Assembly (NCBI GenBank): GCA_963845515.1
Contig: CAWJSR010000039.1
Location: 1 to 64,000, forward strand
Length of the DNA: 64,000 bases
DNA from: an uncultured delta proteobacterium
GTDB lineage: Bacteria > Myxococcota > Myxococcia > Myxococcales > Anaeromyxobacteraceae
Direction: 5' to 3'
Shown here: positions 10,857-19,794 of the stretch, piece by piece
Layout of the letters: every line of letters begins with the position of its first letter
Numbering within the stretch: position 1 is the first letter of the stretch
Made by a program: the position numbers and the translations under genes
Notes under the pieces: generated by a model
What the model saw: only the letters and a program-made list of their open reading frames with translations
Databases searched by the model: none
What the model was told of the DNA's origin: nothing

Positions 10857-13800
10857 TTCGTGCCTCCGATCCGCTGGAAGAATTCCCTGAGGTACTCGTC
10901 GGGCACCCCGACCTCCGAGCCGGCGAGGCCGACCAGCACGGGCTTGAAGCGTGACGCGGGGGCGCCGGCCGGCGCCCTGACCGAGAGCAGGTAGGTCCCG
11001 GAGTCGAGGGCGAGCAACTGCTGGCAGCCCTCCCCGAGCGCCCGTCCCGCCTCGTCCGCGACGGCACACTCGAGCGTCTCGGCCTCCTCCTTCAGCCCCA
11101 GCCCGACTCGCCCCCTCGACGCCAGGGAGAAGCGGAAGATCCGCGCCTCCCCGGGCGACAGCCAGCGCTCCTCTCCGACCCCTTCGGCGAGCGTCTCGAC
11201 CGGGTCGCTCGTCCAGACCGCGGTGCCGCTCAGTGGCGCCCCGGCGAAGCCGCGGACGACCAGCCGGTGCGTCCCCTTCCCGAGCGCCCGGTCGAGCCGA
11301 CACCCCTCGCCCATCCCGCCGGCAGCGACCAGCCTTCCCTCCGGAGAGGAGCAGGCAGACGCCGCGGTCGGCGCGGACGTGGACGACCGCCTCCGAGGAG
11401 AGCTCGATCCCCCGCTCGACGAGTCCCCCTTCGAGCGCCACCGCCTCCCCCGCCGGGAGCCGCTTCGGGCGAGCCGCTCCCGGCGCCCGGCGCCCGCCAG
11501 CGCCAGCGAGTCGTCCCGCGCCGCCACGAGGAGCCGCAGCGGTCCCGCACGGTGCTCGACCGCCACCGTCCCGCCGACGCCGACCGGCAGCACCGCCTCG
11601 CAGGCGCCGATCCGGGCCCCGTCGTCGAGCGCGACGGCGCAGTCGATCGCGCCGTCCACACGGAGCGTCCGCTCCGCAGGCGCGGCCGCGACGGACCACG
11701 TCCCGCTCCCGGGGAGCGGCGCCAGCTCCTCCCGGAGCCCCGCCAGCTCGCGCGGCGCCGGTGGCGCAGGGAGCTTCGTGATGATCGCGTCGATCCGCGC
11801 CTCGGCGGCGGCGAAGAGGAGGAGCTCGGCGTCCTCCTTGCCGGTCAGGGTGCAGCGCGAGAGCGCCGTGGCCGGCGGGCAGAGGTCCACCGCCCTCTCG
11901 TCCGCGAGCAGCACCGCCCACGTCCCGGGCGGCAGGGTCAGCTCGGCTCTGACCGGGCCGGACGGCAGCTCCACGAGCGTCCCACCCGGCGCGAGCTGGA
12001 CCCTGTGGCGGCCTGCCTCCAGCTCGAGCTCCCTGGCCTTCGTGATGGCCGCGCGCCAGATGCGCGCGTCCACGGGCTCGCTCGCCTGCAGCCGGAGGAG
12101 CGACTCCTTCCCGGAGCTCGAGGCCGAGAAACAGCCGTTGGGGGTCCGCGCGTGTACGCCACCCTCGATGCGGCAGGCGGGGACCGTCCGCTGGCCCGGC
12201 GCGACGGTCACGGCCACCAGGTGGGCAGCCGCCTTGCCCGACTTCTGGCGCTGTATCCGGGCCCGAGGGCCGACCGGGATCACCGCCTCCTCTCCACCCC
12301 CGAGCGCAAGCTCCACCTCGTCGAGCGAGACCTTCGGCCGGCCAGGGGCCGCGAAGACCACCTGGCCGGCCTCCAGGGAGACCTCGGGGCCGCACGACTC
12401 CAGGAGCCCTGCACCCCCTGCGAGACAGCGGACCCCTTCGGCGGTCCGATAGGTCCCCGGCCGCTCGATCCTTGCCCGCCCGGCACCGTCCTCGGGGAGC
12501 TTCCCCACGTCGAACCCGGTGACCGGCCGGACCCTGAAGTGGGCGGTCACCTCCGTGGGCCGATCCAGGGTCCAGGCGCGCAGCCGGTACGTCTTCCCGG
12601 CCGGGAGCAGGAACGTGCAGCACGACGTGGCCGGACCCGACCGCGCCACCAGCCTCCCTGCGTCGTCGTCCACCGCGCAGGCGAACGGCGCGGGCGCGGT
12701 CAGGGACGCCTCGATCACGGCGTCGCCTGGAGGCGGCGTGAGCGCGGCCGAGAGGACCCCCTCCGAGAGCGGGTACTTCTTCCCGTCGGCGAGGGGGCCG
12801 ACGTCGGACGGCGCCGGCTGCGCCAACGAGAGCTGCGTCACGCCAGGCATCACCATCTCGGACTCGATCTCCAGCCGGTAGTCGCCGGCCGCCACCGGCT
12901 CGGCGAGGGCGCAGTTCCAGTCCTCCCCGACCTCGCTCGACTGGGCCACCAGACGGCCCGTCGAGTCGAAGAGCCGGCACCGCACGTCCGACTCCCCCGA
13001 GGTGCGGATCCGGAGGGTTCCGGCCGACGCCAGGCGAAGCGGCACGCGGGACGGAACGGGCAGCTGACGCTCGACGCCGGGCATCAGCGGATCGACGGAG
13101 ACCTGGAGACCGTAGGAGATGGCGACGTCGCCGCGGCCGTGCTCCGTCACCAGCCGATAGCTCCCGGCAGGCAGGTGGAGCTTGAAGCCCGGCGCCGCGC
13201 CGAGCTGCTGAACCGGCGGTGGAGCGGGGCGCCGGCTCGGGGGCGGCGGGGGCTCATCGCCGGACACCTCGCCCGCGTCTTCGCCGTCCTCCTCGCCGCC
13301 TCCTTCTTCCCCGTCACCGTATTCCTCCCGCCGCCCTCCCCCTCGTCCACGTGGCTCTCGTCCTCGGGCTGGGACTGGGGCTCGGAGCTCGCCTCGTCCT
13401 CCGCGGCGACCGGCGGGCCACCTTCGCCGGGCGGGATGATCTCGATCGCCTGCGACTCGCCCTCGCGGAAGAGCCGCCCCAACATCCCGTTGGTCAGCAG
13501 GATCGAGACGTCCCCTTCCGCCGGAACGGAGAAGCGGAAGTCGTCCTTGCCGTCCTTCCCCAGCTCCGCGGAGTACGGGCGCCAGAGGGCAAGCTCGTGC
13601 ACCTCGGCGTCGCCGCGCAGGACCACCGGCGGTCGCTCCGGCGCGACGGCGTTGCGCCGCATGCTCTCGACCGTGAGCGGCAGCTGCGTCCAGTGGACCT
13701 CGCCCTCGGGCAGCTCCTGGGTGGTCCGGCACGGCCCGGGGACCTGCTCCAGCGGCCACCCCTCCTTGTCCTCCAGCCGGCAGCGGAGCTGGGCGCCGAG

Positions 13801-16107
13801 CGCCGTCGCGGACAGCTCCCAGCGCCCTGCCCTGGGGATCGCGATCGTCTGCCGGATCAGCTCACCGGCCTCGACGCGGAAGAAGCGCTGCCCCTCGCCC
13901 TCCTGCTTCCCCACCTCGCGGCCGGGGCGGCGGACGAGCACCACCGCCGCGCGCCCCCTGCTGGGCGCCTCTGCTCTCACCGACACGAGGTAGCGGCCCG
14001 GGCGAAGGAAGGCGGAGACCAGGCAGTTGCGCCCGCGCCCGCCCCGCCGATCGCTCGCGAGCTGCGACAGGGCCGGCGTCCGGACCGAGCAGCTCGTCCC
14101 GAGGAGCCCCTCCGTCCCCACGTCGTAGAGGGCGGGCTCCTTGACGTCGAAGACCACGGCGCGGTCCTGGTTCGGCTCGAAGTCGAACCGGGCCGCCTCA
14201 CCGGGCGCCAGCCTGGGGATGTCGCTCCGGACCGGCTGGAACTGCAGCGCCGGCTCGACAGGCCGCGGCGGCGCCGGCCGCATGATCCACGCGAGCAGCG
14301 GCGCGCCAGGCCTGGCGGTGATGCCCAGCTCGTCCTGCCCCTTCGCGTCGAGCCAGCACGCCCCGTCACGCCACTGGCCGGCGCCCCCCTTGGCGAGGTG
14401 GCAGCCCGCGGGCGAGCCGCCTGGCGTTGCAATCCGGATCTGGCCGACGCCGCCGACGGGCAGCGTGAACGTCTCCCCCGCCGGGATCTCGATCGGCAGC
14501 GGGCTCTCGAGGGTGGCAGGCATCCGTCGCGCCACGAGGCCGCGGGCGGCGACCCGGCCGCTGCGGCTGGCGAGGAGCGTGTAGCGGAAGCCGGGATCGA
14601 GCCGCGTCCGGATGGAGCAGGCGGAGCGGGCCGGCGTCTCACCGGTGTCGCGCCCCGGGACGCCTATCCGGACCTTCTCGATCCCCTCGGAGCCGCCGTT
14701 GAGCTTCAGCTCGTAGAGCCCCGGCGAGAGCCGCCTGGTGACGCGGCAGCCCTTCTGGTCTCCCTCGGTGACCCGCTCCAGCCCGTCGCCCATGACGCGA
14801 TACAGCTCACAGGTCGACTTGCGCTCTCCGCCAGTCGAGACCGCGTACTCTGCCGCCTCGGTCACCTCGAACCAGAGGCTCTCGTAGCGGGCGTAGTTGA
14901 AGGCGCGCTGGTAGGTCCGGCTGCCGCCCACCTTCGGCGCGTCCCACGCCAGGACCTCGCGCGGCCCACCGCGCTCCGGCTGCCGCTCCAGGGCGCAGCC
15001 GAGCGGCGAGGAGTCGCGATCGCCGGGGACGTCGTGGATGCCCAGCAGGTACTCGCCCGGGGGGAGCGGCTCCATGGGCAGCCGCTGCCCGGGCTCGAGG
15101 TACTCGCCGTCCAGCAGCGCCCCCGACTGACGGCGCGGCACCCAGCGCAGGTGGACCGCAGCGCCCGTGGGGCCGCGGGCGAGGAGCACGTGCCTCCCGT
15201 CACCCACGCGGATGGCGCACTCGGCCACCTGCGCCTTCGGCTCCACGACGCAGTTCCCCTCCTCCTCCTGCATCCGCGAGCCGTCCTCCCGGAGGGGGTG
15301 GACCGAGACGCGCACGCGCCCCGCCCCAGGGTTCTCGACCGACAGGAGCGCCGTCAGCGGCTCCTTCCCGGTGGCGACCGCGACCGTCCCCGAGGCCGGC
15401 AGCACCGCGCGGAGCGTCCGCTCCTGGGAGGTGGCGAAGCCCAGCTCGACCGTCAGGAGGCTGGACTCGTCACCACGCGTGAACTTAAGCGGCGAGGTGC
15501 CGTAGGCGATCACCTGGTAGTCACCCGGCTCGAGCACCCCCTGCACCCACCACTCGTGGATCGGCTGGCCCGCGCCCGGCTCCGGCTGGAACCGGTGGGG
15601 CGTCAACTCTTCGCGCCACTCGCCCGCTCGCCAGAGATGCACCGCCCCGGCGGTCCGGCCGGCGACGCGGACCGCGACCGGCCCACGCTTCTCGACCCGG
15701 AACCAGAAGGAGGCCTGCTTCCCCTCCGGGAGCTGCTGCTCCACCGGCCTGCCGGGAGCGAGCCCGACGGGCGTCGCGTTCACCTCGCCGAAGATCGTCG
15801 CGGTGAGGGCGACGTTCGCCCTGGGCTTGCCCCTGGCAGGCGACTCCAGCCGCAGCTTGTACCGGCCGACGTCCAGCAGCAGGTCGAGCGAGCACTCCTC
15901 GCGGCCGACGACGCCCGAAGACGCGAACGGCCCGCGCAGCTGGTCGACCACCGTGCAGGCCGTTCCGTCGCCGCCACGGGCCTGCAGCCGCACCATCCCT
16001 GCACGCTCCATGGTCAGGACGGCCGACTGGCGCCCCTGGGCGGGCACCTGCGCAGGTTCGACCGTCGCGGCCGGAAGGACCGCGAGCAGCACGGCGAGCT
16101 GGAACAT
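10853..16107 (-). CDS. Large (~1750 aa) secreted hypothetical protein with repeated Cys-paired beta-sandwich (PPC-like) domains; ~3 apparent frameshifts
   Basis: N-terminal hydrophobic signal MFQLAVLLAVLPAA; ORFs 13147-16107 and 10853-13759 join across ~13330; repeated C-x(n)-C...L..G.Y motif. Confidence 0.7.
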
Positions 16108-16245
16108 GGAGCCCCCTTCGTGCCCGAGGCTGGCGCCGCGGGAGACTTGAGGGCTGAGACTCTACGACGGTCCGGTGTGACCCGGCTTTCGAACTTCACG
16201 CCTTGGAAGCAGGCCGGGGAGGCGCCGCTGGGCTACAATAGCCAA

Positions 16246-16443
16246 GTGACGATCGGCGCACGCACGACATGGTCCGTTCGCGGACACCTCATCGGCATGG
16301 AGAAGGTCGATACGCAGCGCTGGCTCGTCACTGTCGACGGGAACCGGCTCGCCAGCTTCTGCTCGGAGAGCCGAGGCCGGTCCGCTGGCACCGCGGAGGC
16401 TCGCCGTCTCGGCTTCGTGGAGAAGGAAGAAGGACCGCGGTAG
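16246..16443 (+). CDS. Small hypothetical protein (65 aa)
   Basis: GTG start 6 nt after a TACAAT hexamer; fills the intergenic gap; protein-like composition. Confidence 0.5.
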   Translation: MTIGARTTWSVRGHLIGMEKVDTQRWLVTVDGNRLASFCSESRGRSAGTAEARRLGFVEKEEGPR

Positions 16444-16452
16444 AGGCTGCGC

Positions 16453-17232
16453 TCACTCGAGATCGTGCACGTGGAAGTGCGCGTGCTTCTCCGCCCCGTG
16501 CCTGTGTTGGTGGCGGTGGGCGAGGCCGCTCTCGACGAGCAATGGCTCGTCAGCGAGGAGCCGCTCGGTCGGGCCGTCGTAGAGCACGCCCGGGCGCCCC
16601 GGCGCGAGCAGGATGGCACGGTCACCGAGCTCCGCCGCGACCGTCAGGTTGTGGGTCGAGGCGATGGTCGTGACCCCGTCGAGCCCGGCGAGGAAGTCGA
16701 CGAGCCTCCCCGCCGCGGCCGGATCGAGCCCGGCCGTCGCCTCGTCGAGGAGGATGACGCGGGGGTCGATGGCGAAGAGGGACGCGAGCGCCACCCTCTT
16801 CTTCTCCCCTCCCGACAGCTCGAAGGGGGGGCGGTCGAGGATGGGCGTCACCTCGAAGGCCTCCGCCCAGCGCGCGACGCGGGCGTCGACGTCGGGGAGC
16901 GCGAGCTGGCGCGGGCCGAAGGCGATCTCGTCGGCCACGGTCGGGTTGAAGAGCATCGCGTCCACGTTCTGGAAGAGGAACGCCACGTCGCCGCGGAAGC
17001 GCCGGCGGAAGGTGGCCCCAGCGAGCGACCGCGCATCCAGCGGTTCGCCGCCATACCGGACCGCCCCCGACCTCGGGAAGGCGAGCCCGTCCAGGAGCCG
17101 CAGCAGCGTCGTCTTGCCGCAGCCGTTCACGCCGAGCAGCACCACCCGCTCTCCGGGCCGGACCGTGAAGGAGACGTCGCGCAGGATGGTGCGCCCCGCC
17201 AGCTCGACCGAGACCTGCTCCAGGGAGAACAT
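16453..17232 (-). CDS. cbiO: ECF-type Co/Ni transporter ATPase (CbiO/NikO)
   Basis: GVNGCGKT, FQN, LSGGEKKR, LLDE; His-rich C-terminus. Confidence 0.85.
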   Translation of the reverse strand: MFSLEQVSVELAGRTILRDVSFTVRPGERVVLLGVNGCGKTTLLRLLDGLAFPRSGAVRYGGEPLDARSLAGATFRRRFRGDVAFLFQNVDAMLFNPTVADEIAFGPRQLALPDVDARVARWAEAFEVTPILDRPPFELSGGEKKRVALASLFAIDPRVILLDEATAGLDPAAAGRLVDFLAGLDGVTTIASTHNLTVAAELGDRAILLAPGRPGVLYDGPTERLLADEPLLVESGLAHRHQHRHGAEKHAHFHVHDLE

Positions 17233-17792
17233 CAGAAGCCTCGCGACCGGATGGCGTCGGCGACGTCATGGGCGTTTCGGGACGCGAGCGTGAAGAGCGT
17301 GGCCGTGACGCCGCCGGCGTTGCGAGCCACGTCGACGGGGCCCGGGCTCCTGGCCATCCTGCTCCTCAGCCCGAGGAGCGACTCGGCCTGTATGCGCCGC
17401 AGGGCGTGGATCTGCCCGAGGGTGACCACGAGCAGGCGCGACGCGAGCGGCCAGGGCTCCAGCGCGCGGAAGAGGTTCACCCTGGCGAGGACCGCGAAGC
17501 CGACGAACGCGATGAGGACGGTCCGGAGCGTGAGGGCCGCGAAGGGAGCGATCGGCGGGCGCTCGCCCAGGAGCCGAAGCCAGCCCCAGGACGCCAGGGA
17601 GAGCCCCGAAGCGAGCGGCAGGACGGTGACGGCCGTGCGCCGGATCGGCCAGGGACCGCGCGCGAAGAGGATCGCTGCGAGGAGGAGCCCCCCGGCCAGG
17701 AGCCGCCAGTCAGTCACCGCCGAGACGACGAAGGCGGCGGCCAGCCAGCCGCCGAGCAGCAGCCGATCGATGCGGGGGTCACGCGGTCGCAC
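17232..17792 (-). CDS. cbiQ: ECF transporter T component (CbiQ/NikQ-like)
   Basis: Hydrophobic; LRSR and C-terminal SRGF motifs; lies between cbiM and cbiO. Confidence 0.75.
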   Translation of the reverse strand: MRPRDPRIDRLLLGGWLAAAFVVSAVTDWRLLAGGLLLAAILFARGPWPIRRTAVTVLPLASGLSLASWGWLRLLGERPPIAPFAALTLRTVLIAFVGFAVLARVNLFRALEPWPLASRLLVVTLGQIHALRRIQAESLLGLRSRMARSPGPVDVARNAGGVTATLFTLASRNAHDVADAIRSRGF

Positions 17793-18570
17793 GTGCCTTC
17801 ACCTTCTCCACCAACCCGAGGGCGAAGAGCGTGTACGCCCCCTCGGCGAGACCACCGGCGGTGAGGCTCGGGAGCATCGTGGCTGCCAGCGCGACCTCGA
17901 AGGATACCGGGAGCTGCCCCGGCGAGAGGAAGTGCTGCAGCCCCATGACGGCGGCCACCGTGAGCGACGAGAGCTGGAGCGCGACGTATCCGCCCGCGAA
18001 GGCCGCTGCGCGCCCGGAGAGGCGGCGGAGCAGCCGGTGCGTGAGCCACCCTGCCGCGGGCCCGACCAGCCCCATCGCGAGCGCGTTCACCGCCAGGACC
18101 GTCACGCCACCAGCGCCGAAGAAGAGCGCCTGCACGAGCAGGACGAGCGTCTCGCAGACGAAGGCCGCCAGCGGCCCGTGGGTGATCGCGAGGAGCGTCA
18201 CGCCGACCACGTGCACCGACGTGCCCCCAGGCACGGGGATCTGGATCGTCTGGAGCACGAAGGCGAGCGCCGTCAGGCAGCCAAGCAGCGGTATTCCATC
18301 CGCCGCGTCGGGCCCGAGATAGCGCCGAAACCCGGCCGCCCAGAGAGGCGCCGCGACGGCGAAGGCCGGGATCGTGACCAGGGGCGAGAGAAACCCGTCG
18401 GGGAGGTGCATGGCGGGGGTCACCGCCCCTTTCGCCGGTAGAGGATCGCTGAGCGCCCCGAAGAGGAGCAGGATGATCGCCGCGCCCCCCAGCACGTCGT
18501 GCCAGTCCAGCGCCTGATGCTGGTGGTCGTGACCGTGCGCCGCGCCGGCGACCGCCTCGTGGGCGCTCAT
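17779..18570 (-). CDS. cbiM: ECF S component CbiM/NikM (mature MHLPDG begins at 18411; 53-aa in-frame leader)
   Basis: MHLPDGFL, IPVPGGTSVH and QALFFGAGG..LAVN motifs. Confidence 0.85.
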   Translation of the reverse strand: MSAHEAVAGAAHGHDHQHQALDWHDVLGGAAIILLLFGALSDPLPAKGAVTPAMHLPDGFLSPLVTIPAFAVAAPLWAAGFRRYLGPDAADGIPLLGCLTALAFVLQTIQIPVPGGTSVHVVGVTLLAITHGPLAAFVCETLVLLVQALFFGAGGVTVLAVNALAMGLVGPAAGWLTHRLLRRLSGRAAAFAGGYVALQLSSLTVAAVMGLQHFLSPGQLPVSFEVALAATMLPSLTAGGLAEGAYTLFALGLVEKVKARATA

Positions 18571-18574
18571 CGCC

Positions 18575-19774
18575 TCACGCCCCGAAGTGCTCGTCGACGA
18601 GCGTCTTCGCCAGGAACATCGAGCTCGTGAAGGCCGGCGAGATCGGGTTCATGACGTGGACCGTCCCGTCCGCGGAGAGGACCACGAAGTCCATCACCAG
18701 CTCCCGGGTCCGCCAGTCGACGAGCTGCGGCCGGATCCCGACCTTCTCGGCCGCGTCGAAGAGGGACGGATCGTAGGACTTCACGAGCCGTGCGGCGTCG
18801 CGATCGAAGAACGCGGGGACGTACTTCCTGGGCTCCGAGAGGGCGACCGAGCGGAACCCGGGGTTGGTGAAGAACAGGACGGCGTCCTCGAGCAGGATCC
18901 GCACGCCATCGGCGCCGGTCCCCTTCAGCCCGCGGTAGTTCTCGCGCCCGAAGGCAGGGATGGCCGTCGGCCCGACGTAGACGTCCCCCGCCGCGCTGCG
19001 GCTGAAGTGGACGCCGAGGAAGGGATTCCGGATGTCGGGGACGGGGTAGATGTTCCCGTTGACGGGGAAGGCCGCGCCGGGGCGGAGCTTCCGGTAGATC
19101 CCCTTGAACGGGATGAGCCGGTACTCGCCCCCGAGCCCGAACGCACCGGCGACGACGTCGCACCAGGCGCCCGCCGCGTTGACGAGCCGCCCGAAGCGGA
19201 CCGTCCCCTGCGACGTCCGGACCGAGTCGACGCCCGCGCGCCCCTCGAACCGGCAGCCGGTGGCGAACCTGACCCTGCCGCTCGCCTCCAGCTCCGCCCT
19301 GAGGGCCTCCAGCACGCGCTTGGGGTCGACCGCGGCGGTGTCGAGCGAGTGGAGCGCCTTGCCGACCGTCCTGGCCATCGGCTCGATCGAGGCCAGCTCC
19401 CGCTCGTCGATGAACTTCACGCGCGCGCCGTTGGCCGTCGCGCGCCGGTGGAGCTCCTCCAGCGCCCCCAGCTCCGCCTCGGTCCGGGCGACGATCACCT
19501 TCCCCGCCTCCAGGAGCGGCAGCCCCTTCTCGCGGCAGAAGGCCTTCATGAGCCGGTTGCCGCCGAGGCACGACTGCGCCCGGAGGGAGCCCGGGGCGTA
19601 GTAGATGCCGGCGTGGAGGACGCCAGAGTTGCGGCCAGAGGCGTGCACGCCCAGCCGCTCCTCCTTCTCGAGGACGAGGATGTCGGTTCGGCCGCGCGCC
19701 GCCAGCTCCCGGGCGATCGTCAGCCCGATGATGCCTCCTCCGACGACGAGGATCTCGACGCGCTCGGGGAGCAT
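18575..19774 (-). CDS. lhgO: L-2-hydroxyglutarate oxidase family FAD oxidoreductase
   Basis: GGGIIG, HASGRNSGVLHAGIYY, YPVPD..PFLGVH, GIRPQ, SPAFTSS. Confidence 0.85.
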   Translation of the reverse strand: MLPERVEILVVGGGIIGLTIARELAARGRTDILVLEKEERLGVHASGRNSGVLHAGIYYAPGSLRAQSCLGGNRLMKAFCREKGLPLLEAGKVIVARTEAELGALEELHRRATANGARVKFIDERELASIEPMARTVGKALHSLDTAAVDPKRVLEALRAELEASGRVRFATGCRFEGRAGVDSVRTSQGTVRFGRLVNAAGAWCDVVAGAFGLGGEYRLIPFKGIYRKLRPGAAFPVNGNIYPVPDIRNPFLGVHFSRSAAGDVYVGPTAIPAFGRENYRGLKGTGADGVRILLEDAVLFFTNPGFRSVALSEPRKYVPAFFDRDAARLVKSYDPSLFDAAEKVGIRPQLVDWRTRELVMDFVVLSADGTVHVMNPISPAFTSSMFLAKTLVDEHFGA

Positions 19775-19794
19775 TGGGCCTCGCCTGGGGTCGC

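Noticed and set aside
13219..16245. Very long alternative-frame and antisense ORFs (e.g. 13219-16443, 11267-13993, 39923-42682, 60235-62409)
   Set aside because: Shadow ORFs expected at this GC content; Arg/Pro/Ala-rich and overlapping well-supported genes
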